A DNA stretch of 52,474 nt from Candidatus Limnocylindria bacterium (lineage in GTDB: Bacteria; Chloroflexota; Limnocylindria; QHBO01). Shown here piece after piece: positions 25,823 to 34,266 of the stretch (its first letter is position 1; the number at the start of each line of letters is the position of its first letter). A model generated the notes under the pieces. The model was given only the letters and a program-made list of their open reading frames with translations. It had not been told where the DNA came from and searched no databases. The position numbers and the translations under genes were made by a program. The stretch covers positions 1 through 52,474 of the forward strand of contig JBGQKH010000003.1 in NCBI GenBank assembly GCA_041499395.1, in the 5' to 3' direction.

Positions 25823-26827
25823 ATGTCCGCTCTCCTCGGCGCCGATCTGCGGCGCCCCTCTCTGGCCGACGGTCGTCGCCTCGGCCTCGTCACTCTCGTC
25901 CCGGTTGCGCTTGCCCTGCTGGCCATTGGCATCGTCTCCGCCGATCGGCCGAGCGAGGTGCTCCGCCTCACGAGCGCGGATGCCGCGCGCTCCGGGGCGC
26001 TGATCGGGTTGCTGCCGCATCGAGTCGGCAGCTCCAGCCTGCTGGAGGTCCAGGCTCCCGGCGCCGCGGTTCTGCTGGCCGTCTCGGCCGATGGCGCCCA
26101 GGCGGCTCTGGCCGATCAGCTCGGTCAGCCCTCCGGCACCCTGACCGTCGCCCATGGCGACGGATCGCAGATCCGCATCTCACTGCCCGGGCTCGCCTCG
26201 GCCGGATTCTCGGCGGATGCCTCGTGGCTCGCCGTGCTGGACGGCAGAGGTGCCCTGTGGCGGATCGATCCGGCGACTGGGGCTGGCGTGCAGATCGGAG
26301 CGGGACCATACCTCGGCTCGCCGGTGCCGGCCGCCGACGGTTCGCTGCTGCTCCTCTCCGTCTCGTCGGTGGAGGCGCCGTATCGCTCGCGCGTGGTGCG
26401 CCTCTCCCCGGCGGGAGCCGTGACGCCGGTGACGAGCGACGACCTCGACTACGCGGCCTACCCGCTCGTCGACGGCGACGTGGCGGTCGTCTCGCACGCG
26501 AGCGGCCGCACCCTCGTCCGACGCGTGACAGCGGACGCGGCGCTGCTCCTCGCCGACCTCGAGCCGGGGGCGTTCAACGTTGTCGTCGCTGCGGACGGAA
26601 GGCACATCGCATACGAGCTTGGCGGGCGCGGCATCGAGCTGCTCGACCGGCCCGGAGCGAACGTCCGCGATCTCGGACCGGGATCCCACCCGTGCTTCGC
26701 GGCGGATGGAACCTCGCTGCTCGTCAGGCGTGGGCTCGGAACGGCGGCGCTGGCGCTCGACGGATCGGTCCTGGCCGTGACGCAGCGGCAGGCGGGGCTT
26801 GCCGGAGCGGTGGGGTGCCTGCCATGA
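25823..26827 (+). CDS. Exported beta-propeller (TolB/WD40-like) protein
   Basis: N-terminal TM/signal and repeated S/A-A-D-G turns (VSADG, FSADA, AADG, FAADG). GGAGG SD. Confidence 0.65.
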   Translation: MSALLGADLRRPSLADGRRLGLVTLVPVALALLAIGIVSADRPSEVLRLTSADAARSGALIGLLPHRVGSSSLLEVQAPGAAVLLAVSADGAQAALADQLGQPSGTLTVAHGDGSQIRISLPGLASAGFSADASWLAVLDGRGALWRIDPATGAGVQIGAGPYLGSPVPAADGSLLLLSVSSVEAPYRSRVVRLSPAGAVTPVTSDDLDYAAYPLVDGDVAVVSHASGRTLVRRVTADAALLLADLEPGAFNVVVAADGRHIAYELGGRGIELLDRPGANVRDLGPGSHPCFAADGTSLLVRRGLGTAALALDGSVLAVTQRQAGLAGAVGCLP

Positions 26828-27870
26828 CAATGCGAATGCGTCGCGGGTCGGGATCGCTCGCGCTGCTGCTGGTCCTGCTCGGCGGGGTTGCCGGCTCAGC
26901 GCTCGCCGCCGACGACTACACGCTCCCGTTCTACGACCCGGGCGTCACGCTGAGCTTCGGCGTCGACCGCGACCGGACGCTCAATCGCCAGCTCGACTGG
27001 ACGGGGCAGGCCTGGAACGACGGCGTTCCCCACGCCGGGCGCGTCTACGACCAGCACACCGGGACCGATTACCCGATGGCGCTGCGCAGCGAGGTCGCCG
27101 CCGCGAAGGACGGGACGGTGATCGACGTGGAGGGCGGCTACGGCACCACCCAATTCGGCAGCTTCGGCAACTTCGTCCTGCTGCAGCACGCAGATGGTCG
27201 GCGCACCCTCTACTACCACCTGGCGAGTGCCGCGGACGGCGGGATCGCAGTCGTGATCGGGCAGACGGTGGCGGCCGGCCAGCTGGTCGGTCGATCGGGA
27301 TGCAGCGGCACCTGCTACGGAGCGCACCTGCACTTTGAGATGCTGGCCTGGAGCGCAGCCGCGAGGGCCTACCTCTCCGTCGACCCGCTCGCCGAGCGGC
27401 GCTGGACGACGTGGCCGGGGCGCATCGCGTACGACGCCGCCTACGTGCGGGAGAGCAACCCGGGCACCGAGGTGATCCAGCAGGGCCACACGATCACCCA
27501 CTGGGTCGAGTTCCGCAACGCCGGCGGCAGGACGTGGCGCGTCAGCGCGACGGTGGGTCGCGTCGCCCTCGCCACGTGGAGCCCGGCGTCGCACGCCTCA
27601 CCCTTCGCCGCGAGTGACTGGCCATCGACTTCGATTGCGACCTACCTCGACAACGCGTCGGTCGCGCCGGACGGGGTGGGTCGCTTCACGTTCGGGCTGC
27701 GGGGCTCGACCGCCTTGGGTATCTACCGGGAGACCTTCAACCTCGCCGCGATCTCCGTCCGATGGTTCGACCACGGCCGGCTTGGAGGGTTCTACGTTCC
27801 GATCCAGGTCACGAGCCTCCCGTCGTGCGGCCCAGCCGCGCTGACGCATGCACTGATCCCGGTCTGCTGA
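26824..27870 (+). CDS. Secreted M23 metallopeptidase with C-terminal Ig-like (NBR1-like) domain
   Basis: Signal peptide, HTGTD (HxxxD), YYHL, HLHFE, C-terminal VEFRNAG..TW...VAP.....FTF....G.YRETF. ATGA overlap. Confidence 0.88.
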   Translation: MTMRMRRGSGSLALLLVLLGGVAGSALAADDYTLPFYDPGVTLSFGVDRDRTLNRQLDWTGQAWNDGVPHAGRVYDQHTGTDYPMALRSEVAAAKDGTVIDVEGGYGTTQFGSFGNFVLLQHADGRRTLYYHLASAADGGIAVVIGQTVAAGQLVGRSGCSGTCYGAHLHFEMLAWSAAARAYLSVDPLAERRWTTWPGRIAYDAAYVRESNPGTEVIQQGHTITHWVEFRNAGGRTWRVSATVGRVALATWSPASHASPFAASDWPSTSIATYLDNASVAPDGVGRFTFGLRGSTALGIYRETFNLAAISVRWFDHGRLGGFYVPIQVTSLPSCGPAALTHALIPVC

Positions 27871-27881
27871 GGTCAGGCGAG

Positions 27882-28322
27882 ATGAAACGTCCGGTCGTCC
27901 TTCTCCTCGCACTGATGTCGACGGTGGTCTCGGCCTGCGACGCAGGCCGAGAGTCGGCCTCGGCCGCCACCTCCGGGCCGTCTCCGCCTGCTTCGGTCGC
28001 GGTCTCCGCACCCGCGTCGGCCGGGGAGCGCGCCCCGCTGCCGAGTGGCTTCCCGGCGCTGCCTGGTGCCGTGCCCCTGCCCCTGCCGGGCGACGATCCG
28101 GGACTGGTCGCCCTCTGGAGCAGCGACCTGCTCGGCTCAGCCGCCTACGACTTCTACCTCCGGGCGCTGCCAACTGCTGGATACCGGATCGTTGCTGCCT
28201 ACCCTGGCGGGGCGGCCGCCGTGATCCGCTTCAGCGTGCCCGATGGAACGATCTGGCAGGTGGTCATCCGCGCTGGCCCGGATGAGACCGTCGCGATCGA
28301 TGTGAGGATCGACCGCCCCTAG
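27882..28322 (+). CDS. Putative lipoprotein
   Basis: MKR + hydrophobic stretch + VSAC lipobox, S/A/P linker, LPSGFP..P motif. Confidence 0.7.
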   Translation: MKRPVVLLLALMSTVVSACDAGRESASAATSGPSPPASVAVSAPASAGERAPLPSGFPALPGAVPLPLPGDDPGLVALWSSDLLGSAAYDFYLRALPTAGYRIVAAYPGGAAAVIRFSVPDGTIWQVVIRAGPDETVAIDVRIDRP

Positions 28323-28822
28323 GGAGCCGCGTCGGCTGCCAGGCTCGCTCGCCGCGCGCCGGCGACGCGCTCGAGATCGAGCGGCGAGACGCGGAAGACC
28401 GCGTCGGGCAGCCCCGCTGCAGCCCACACCTCCGCGTGCGACAGCAGATGCTCGTCGATGAGGATCGGCAGCGCGCGAGCGTGTCCGAACGGTGGGACGC
28501 CGCCGATCGCGTAGCCTGTCGCGGCCCGCACCTCGTCACCCTCCGCACGACGCGCTCGGCTACCTCCCGCGGCTGTAGCCAGCCGAACTGGGTCGAGCCG
28601 ATCCACCCCCGAGATGAGCGCCACTACGGGATCGCCATCAACGACGAAGACGAGCGACTTGACGATCTGCCCCACGGAGCAGCCGACGGCACGCGCCGCG
28701 TCCTCTGCCGTGCGGGTTCCTTCCGGGAAGCGGACGACCTTGATCGAGAGGCCGGCCTCCGCTGCGGCCCGGACGACCCGCTCGACATTCGGGTGGAGGG
28801 GCTCTCCGCCGGTGCTGGTCAT
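28319..28822 (-). CDS. YbaK/EbsC-family aminoacyl-tRNA deacylase
   Basis: TRTAEDAARAVGC..GQIVKSL, TGYAIGGVPPFGH, VWAAAG. Confidence 0.92.
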   Translation of the reverse strand: MTSTGGEPLHPNVERVVRAAAEAGLSIKVVRFPEGTRTAEDAARAVGCSVGQIVKSLVFVVDGDPVVALISGVDRLDPVRLATAAGGSRARRAEGDEVRAATGYAIGGVPPFGHARALPILIDEHLLSHAEVWAAAGLPDAVFRVSPLDLERVAGARRASLAADAAP

Positions 28823-28867
28823 GGCCGGATCATCGCACGCGTGCTACGCTCGGCGAGACAACCCCAA

Positions 28868-28956
28868 GAGCGACAGGGGAGCGCGCAAGCGCTGAGAGTG
28901 CGGAAGGCCGCAGACCCTCGAACCTGATCTGGGTCATGCCAGCGAAGGGAGTCGGA
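28868..28956 (+). promoter_or_regulatory. TPP riboswitch (THI element)
   Basis: GGGGAGC...GCTGAGA...GACCCTCGAACCTGATCTGGGTCATGCCAGCGAAGGGAG, directly ahead of thiamine salvage and transport genes. Ends approximate. Confidence 0.95.
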
Positions 28957-29607
28957 GTGAAAGCGATCGTGGTGGCCGGCGGCGATGCCGCGCCGGGAGA
29001 CGCTGGCCAGCTCAGCGGGGCCGATCTCGTGATCGCTGCTGACTCCGGGGCCGCATGGCTGGCGGCAGAGGGGATCCGCCCGGACCTCGTTGTCGGCGAC
29101 ATGGACTCGATCGACCAGGCCCTGCTGGAGCGGCTCGCAGCGGACGGGGTCAAGGTCGAGCGTCACCCCGCCGAGAAGGACGCATCGGACGCCGAGCTGG
29201 CGATCGACTATGCGGTCGCCGCCGGTGCGGACGAGGTCGTGATCATCGGGGCGCTCGGTGGCGGCCGGCTCGACCACGAGCTGGCGAACGTGCTCCTCCT
29301 CGCCGATCCGAGGTGGCGGGCCGTGGGGCTGCGGATCGTCCGCGCGGGCACCGTCGCGCGGGCCGTGCGCGGAGGCGAGCTGCTCAGCCTCTCGGCAGCC
29401 GCGGGAGGCCTCGTCACGCTGCTCCCGGTGGGAGGCGATGCGGTCGGCGTAAGGACAGTGGGACTGCGCTACCCACTCGACGGTGAGACGCTGCGGATGG
29501 GCCGCTCCCGCGGGCTCTCGAACGTGGGGACACGGACACCCGCATCGGTCTCGCTCGAGGGCGGGACGCTGCTGGTCATCGAAGCGGAGAAGGAGGCAAA
29601 CCGATGA
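28957..29607 (+). CDS. thiN: Thiamine pyrophosphokinase
   Basis: IAADSG, PDLVVGDMDS, EKDASDAELA, GALGG.RLDHELAN, GLRYPL, GLSN. True start likely GTG 28957; the track start lies inside the riboswitch. Confidence 0.92.
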   Translation: MKAIVVAGGDAAPGDAGQLSGADLVIAADSGAAWLAAEGIRPDLVVGDMDSIDQALLERLAADGVKVERHPAEKDASDAELAIDYAVAAGADEVVIIGALGGGRLDHELANVLLLADPRWRAVGLRIVRAGTVARAVRGGELLSLSAAAGGLVTLLPVGGDAVGVRTVGLRYPLDGETLRMGRSRGLSNVGTRTPASVSLEGGTLLVIEAEKEANR

Positions 29608-30200
29608 CGATCGCAATCGACCCGACAACCGGGCGGTGGCGAACCGTCGACATCGTGGTGGGCGCGGTGCTGGCGGTCGCCTTCGGCGCGGTCTTCCAGG
29701 TCTGGAACCTGCTCTGGGCCTCCATCGGCCCCGCGTTCGCGGCCCTCCCGCCGCTCCAGGGATTCATGTACGGGGTCTGGCTGCTGCCCGCGGTGCTCGT
29801 GCCGCTGGTCATCCGGCGCCCTGGCGCAGCGCTGCTCGGTGAGGGAGTCGCGGGGGTCGTTTCGGTGCTCTTCGGCGCGCAGTGGGGGTTGGTGATCGTG
29901 GCGTACGGCCTGCTGCAGGGCGTCGCTGCCGAGGCCATCTTCGGGCTCGGCCTCTACCGCCGCTGGGGGCTACCGACCGCCATGCTGGCTGGCGCGGCGG
30001 CTGGCGCGGCGGCGACCCTCCTCGACTTCGCCTTCTTCTACCCCGACTGGGCGATCGGATACCAGGTGCTGTACGCCGCCCTCGTGATTCCCAGCTCCGC
30101 GCTCATCGCAGGGGCCGGGGGCTGGCTGCTCGTCCGCGCCCTGGCCCGGACCGGGGTGTTGACCGCCTTCCCGGCGGGGCGCGAGCAGCCAGAGGTTTGA
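29604..30200 (+). CDS. ykoE: ECF transporter S component, YkoE-like (thiamine/HMP)
   Basis: WRTVDIVV, GVWLL, IRRPGAALLGE, GLLQG..AE, LARTGVL. TPP-regulated context. Confidence 0.88.
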   Translation: MTIAIDPTTGRWRTVDIVVGAVLAVAFGAVFQVWNLLWASIGPAFAALPPLQGFMYGVWLLPAVLVPLVIRRPGAALLGEGVAGVVSVLFGAQWGLVIVAYGLLQGVAAEAIFGLGLYRRWGLPTAMLAGAAAGAAATLLDFAFFYPDWAIGYQVLYAALVIPSSALIAGAGGWLLVRALARTGVLTAFPAGREQPEV

Positions 30201-30216
30201 CCCGACGAGCGGCCGG

Positions 30217-31677
30217 GTGAGCGGCCCGGTCGGTATCGAGGCGCGCGACTGGGGCTGGCGGCACGCGGGACGGAAGGCGTGGGCGCTGCGCGGCCTCGAC
30301 CTCCGCATCGAACCGGGAGAGCGGGTGCTCTTGCTCGGTGCATCGGGGTCGGGCAAGTCGACGCTGCTTGCCGGCCTGGCCGGGCTCCTCGAGGGAGGCG
30401 TCTCGGAGGGCGAGCTGCACATTGACGGGGTGGAGCCACGCTCCGTCCGCGACCGGATCGGGATCGTCTTCCAGGACCCGGAGTCGCAGCTGGTCATGGC
30501 GCGCGCCGGCGACGAAGTCGCCTTCGGGCTCGAGAACCGATGCGTCCCCGCCGACCAGATCTGGCCGCGAGTCGATGCGGCCCTGGCGGCCGTCGGATTC
30601 CCCTACGGGCGCGATCGGCCGACCGATGCCCTCTCCGGGGGCGAGCAGCAGCGGCTGGCGATCGCCGGGGCGATGGCGCTGGAGCCCGGGCTGCTGCTCC
30701 TCGACGAGCCGACCGCCAACCTCGATCCGGACGGGGCGGCGCTCGTGCGCGGATCCCTGCACCAGGTCCTTCGCGACGGCGCAACCACCATGGTGCTGGT
30801 CGAGCATCGGGTCGAGGAGGTGCTGTCCCTCGTCGATCGGGTGGTGGTGCTCGAAGCCGGTGGCGGCGTCGTCGCCGACGGTCCGCCTCTGAGCGTGGCC
30901 GGGCCCCTCGGCGACCGGCTCGCCGCGGCCGGCGTGTGGGTGCCGGGTCACCCATTGCCGACATCGGTGCGGCGCGCGCGACCGGCTCCTGCGCCGGTGC
31001 TCGAGGTTGACCAGGCGGGCTACGCCTACCCGAGGCAGCCGAACCTGGCGATCGGCCCCATCAGCCTCCAGCTCCGGTCCGGGGAGGCGCTGGCGCTGGT
31101 CGGACCCAACGGCTCGGGCAAGTCGACCCTGGCGCTCCTGATGGGTGGCCTCCTGCGACCGACCCTCGGCGCGGTGCGGGCGGTTGGCGCCCCCGGCGAG
31201 ACGGCTGACCAGGAGCCGATCTGGCGCTGGGCGGCGCCGCGCCTGGCGCGGAGGATCGGCTCGGTCTTCCAGGATCCCGAGCACCAGTTCCTCACCGGCC
31301 GCGTCATCGACGAGCTCACCCTCGCCCCGATCCGCGCCGGCGTCGATCGGTCCGCGGCCACCCAACGGGCCGAGGCGCTGCTCGCGCGCCTCCGCCTCGA
31401 CGCCCTTGCCGAGGCCAACCCCTTCACTCTCTCCGGCGGGGAGAAGCGGCGCCTCTCGGTGGCGACCGCGCTCGTGTCCGAGCCATCGGTCCTGATCCTC
31501 GACGAGCCGACCTTTGGGCAGGACCGCCGGACCGCGGTGGAGCTGCTCGACCTGCTGGGGACGCTCCGCGACGCCGGCACTGCGATCTGCCTCGCTACCC
31601 ACGACGCTCCCTTCGCGACGGCCCTGGCCGATCGCGTGGTGCGGCTCGGAACGCCGGGGACGGAGGCGGTCGAGTGA
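30217..31677 (+). CDS. ykoD: ECF transporter duplicated ATPase, YkoD-like
   Basis: Two cassettes: GASGSGKST/LSGGE/LLLDEP and GPNGSGKST/LSGGE/LILDEP. Confidence 0.9.
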   Translation: MSGPVGIEARDWGWRHAGRKAWALRGLDLRIEPGERVLLLGASGSGKSTLLAGLAGLLEGGVSEGELHIDGVEPRSVRDRIGIVFQDPESQLVMARAGDEVAFGLENRCVPADQIWPRVDAALAAVGFPYGRDRPTDALSGGEQQRLAIAGAMALEPGLLLLDEPTANLDPDGAALVRGSLHQVLRDGATTMVLVEHRVEEVLSLVDRVVVLEAGGGVVADGPPLSVAGPLGDRLAAAGVWVPGHPLPTSVRRARPAPAPVLEVDQAGYAYPRQPNLAIGPISLQLRSGEALALVGPNGSGKSTLALLMGGLLRPTLGAVRAVGAPGETADQEPIWRWAAPRLARRIGSVFQDPEHQFLTGRVIDELTLAPIRAGVDRSAATQRAEALLARLRLDALAEANPFTLSGGEKRRLSVATALVSEPSVLILDEPTFGQDRRTAVELLDLLGTLRDAGTAICLATHDAPFATALADRVVRLGTPGTEAVE

Positions 31678-32417
31678 GGCGCTTCGTGCCGCTGCGCCCC
31701 GATCCCGCAGCGCCGCTGGCCCGGGCGAACCCGACCGCGAAGCTCGGGGCGGCGGCGCTCCTCATGGTCGGCCTCTTCTTCTCGGGCGGGCCGCTGGCAC
31801 CCGCCCTCATCCTTGCGGCGCTCCTCGCAGCAATCCCGTTCACCGGCCTCAGCCCCGGCGGACTGCTGCGGCGGACCTGGCCGCTCCTCCTGGCGGCGCT
31901 CTCGGTGGGGGTCCTCAACGTCCTGCTGGCCAGGGCCGTCGCCGGTGGGCCGGACCTCGTCCGTGGCCTCTCGCTCGGGCTGCGCCTGCTGGGGATCGCC
32001 CTCTCCGGGGTGCTGGCCATCGCCAGCACCGATCCGACCGACCTGGCCGATTCCCTCCAGCAGCAGGCGCGCCTCTCCCCGCGGCTGGCGATCGGGGTGC
32101 TCGCGGCGGTTCGGATGCTGCCGATCCTCGCGCAGGAGTGGCAGATCCTCGGCATGGCGCGCCGGGCCCGTGGCGTGAGCGGCGGTCATTCCCCCGTCGA
32201 GGGCGTGCGGCTCGCCTTCGGGATGCTGCTGGCGCTCCTGGTCGGGTCGGTGCGACGAGCGACGAGGCTGGCGAGCGCCATGGACGCTCGCGGCTTTGGG
32301 GCTGCCCCATGTCGCACGATCGCCCGCCCGCACGAGATGCAGCGCTCCGATTGGAGGCTGGTCGGTGCCGCGGTGCTGCTCGCGGGGCTGGCCGTCGCGA
32401 TCGGCCTGCTGAGCTGA
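31674..32417 (+). CDS. ykoC: ECF transporter T component (CbiQ/EcfT), YkoC-like
   Basis: NP..KL, STDP.DL..SL.Q, and two Ala-Arg-Gly motifs (ARRARG, AMDARGF). Confidence 0.9.
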   Translation: MRRFVPLRPDPAAPLARANPTAKLGAAALLMVGLFFSGGPLAPALILAALLAAIPFTGLSPGGLLRRTWPLLLAALSVGVLNVLLARAVAGGPDLVRGLSLGLRLLGIALSGVLAIASTDPTDLADSLQQQARLSPRLAIGVLAAVRMLPILAQEWQILGMARRARGVSGGHSPVEGVRLAFGMLLALLVGSVRRATRLASAMDARGFGAAPCRTIARPHEMQRSDWRLVGAAVLLAGLAVAIGLLS

Positions 32418-32435
32418 CGCGTGTACCCTCCTCGC

Positions 32436-33407
32436 ATGCCACGCTCCGAGGAGCTCAGCATCCGGGCCGGCGACGCCCAGCTGTCGGCCACGCTCGTCCT
32501 GCCAGACGCCCCGCCGCCGGCGGACCGGCGCGGGCGCTATCCGAGCGTTCTGCTGCTCCCCTCCTGGCTGCCCCGCGACCGCGATGGCGCGTACGACCGG
32601 GTCGGGCATCCCGACTGGTTCGCCCCCGGACCGATGCCGCGTGGCCTGCTCGCACGCCTCGCCGATGCGCTGGCGTCCCACGGCGTCGCATCGCTGCGCG
32701 CCGATCCGCGCGGATGCGGGCGCTCCGACGGCGGGTGGGAGTCGGTGACCCTCTTCACCAAGATCGACGACGCACGGGACCTGCTGGCCGCGATGCGCAG
32801 CCACGGCGCGCTCGACCTGCGCCGGACCGGGATCGTCGGTCACGGGGAGGGCTCCGGGGTCGCGCTCGCCGTGGCGATCGGCGATCCCGCGGTGTCGGCG
32901 CTGACCCTGATCGGCGCATCCGCCCGTTCGTGGCGCGACACGCTCCGACGTGCGGCAGCGACCCGCGGCCGCGAGGGAACCGACCACCAGCACCCGATCG
33001 TCGCCGCCATCGACCGCTTCAGCGAGGAGCTGCTCGAGCACGCCGAACGGAGGGAGGAGCAGCTCACCCTGCCGTTGCGTGGCGGCCGGCGAGTCACGCT
33101 CTCCCTCGCCCCGATCGAGCAGGCGATTCATACGCCGCCGCTCGCGCTCGCCACGATGCTGCATCGGTCCGTTGCGCTGGTCCATGGCGCTGCCGACGCA
33201 TGGAGCGAGCCGGAGGAGTCGCGGCTCCTGGCCGCCTCGCTGACGATCAGCGGGGAGGCTCCGGCGCTGCGCTGGGTCGATGGCGCCGGCCACGACCTCG
33301 CCGAGGCGAGCGACGAGCTGCTCGAGGAGCTGGCCGACGACATCGCCGCCCGCCTGCTGCCGCGCGACCTGCCGCCGGTGCTGGTTGCGATCGAGGAGAT
33401 GGGGTGA
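32436..33407 (+). CDS. Alpha/beta-hydrolase-fold protein lacking the nucleophile Ser
   Basis: DRDG, SLRADPRGCGRSDG, GHGEG at the nucleophile elbow, HGAAD, GAGH. Confidence 0.8.
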   Translation: MPRSEELSIRAGDAQLSATLVLPDAPPPADRRGRYPSVLLLPSWLPRDRDGAYDRVGHPDWFAPGPMPRGLLARLADALASHGVASLRADPRGCGRSDGGWESVTLFTKIDDARDLLAAMRSHGALDLRRTGIVGHGEGSGVALAVAIGDPAVSALTLIGASARSWRDTLRRAAATRGREGTDHQHPIVAAIDRFSEELLEHAERREEQLTLPLRGGRRVTLSLAPIEQAIHTPPLALATMLHRSVALVHGAADAWSEPEESRLLAASLTISGEAPALRWVDGAGHDLAEASDELLEELADDIAARLLPRDLPPVLVAIEEMG

Positions 33408-33421
33408 GGTAGGATGCGACC

Positions 33422-33895
33422 ATGACGCGGCCGAACGAGGGCGACCCGGTCCCGCCCTTCGAGATGAGTGCCGATGACGGCGCATCCGTCTCGAGCACGA
33501 GCATGCTCGGGCGGCGCTACGTCCTCTACTTCTACCCGAAGGACGACACGCCCGGCTGCACGACCCAGGCCTGCTCGCTGCGTGACAACTACGACCGCGT
33601 CCTGGCGACCGGCGTGGAGGTCTTCGGCGTCTCTCCCGACTCGGTCGAGAGCCACGTGCGGTTCCGGGAGAAGTACGACCTTCCGCACCGCCTGCTCGCC
33701 GACCGGGGCCATCAGGTCGCCGATGCCTTCGGGGTCTGGGTCGAGAAGACCTTCGCGGGCAAGACCTACAAGGGGGTCGAGCGGAGCAGCTTCATCATCG
33801 GGCCGGATGGGCGGATCGAGCACGTGCTGCCGCGCGTGAAGCCGATCGAGCACGTGGATCAGCTGCTGGCCCTCCTCGCGACGGTGCCGGCGTGA
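33422..33895 (+). CDS. bcp: Peroxiredoxin Bcp/PrxQ
   Basis: LYFYPKDDTPGCTTQAC (PxxxTxxC...C), GVSPD, ERSSFII. Confidence 0.95.
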   Translation: MTRPNEGDPVPPFEMSADDGASVSSTSMLGRRYVLYFYPKDDTPGCTTQACSLRDNYDRVLATGVEVFGVSPDSVESHVRFREKYDLPHRLLADRGHQVADAFGVWVEKTFAGKTYKGVERSSFIIGPDGRIEHVLPRVKPIEHVDQLLALLATVPA

Positions 33896-34038
33896 TCTGG
33901 ACCGCGATCGCCGTCACACTCGTGGCCTGGTTCATCGGCCTGGTCGTGGTCAAGGGACCGCTGGTCAACCTGCTCCTGGTGGTGGCGGCCGTGCTGCTCG
34001 TGATCCAGGTCATCAACGAGCGCGAAGGGGAGCGGTGA
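33892..34038 (+). CDS. Small membrane protein (48 aa), lmo0937-like
   Basis: Below the ORF-track cutoff: MIWTAIAVTLVAWFIGLVVVKGPLVNLLLVVAAVLLVIQVINEREGER. GTGA overlaps at both ends. Confidence 0.7.
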   Translation: MIWTAIAVTLVAWFIGLVVVKGPLVNLLLVVAAVLLVIQVINEREGER

Positions 34039-34205
34039 GCCCTGCCTGGGAGCACCTGCTCTGGCGCTCGCTCCCGGTCGGCCTGCTGCTCATCTGGTTC
34101 CTCGCGCTGATCGGTGGCTACGGCCTGGGGGGCCTCATCCACCTGCTCCTCCTCGCCGCGGTGGCGATCTTCGGCTTCCAGCTGCGGAGCGACGCCTCCG
34201 CCTGA
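34035..34205 (+). CDS. Small membrane protein (56 aa), lmo0937-like
   Basis: Below the ORF-track cutoff: ...LLLIWFLALIGGYGLGGLIHLLLLAAVAIF..., with the GG.IH.LL signature. GTGA overlap. Confidence 0.72.
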   Translation: MSPAWEHLLWRSLPVGLLLIWFLALIGGYGLGGLIHLLLLAAVAIFGFQLRSDASA

Positions 34206-34266
34206 GCTGCGGGACCTCGCGATCGCGACGGCCTAGCTGTCACGAAGATGGCTAGGCTTGCGAATC

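Noticed and set aside
28936-28956. ORF-track ATG start for thiN
   Set aside because: Lies inside the TPP aptamer; the GTG at 28957 matches the family N-terminus.
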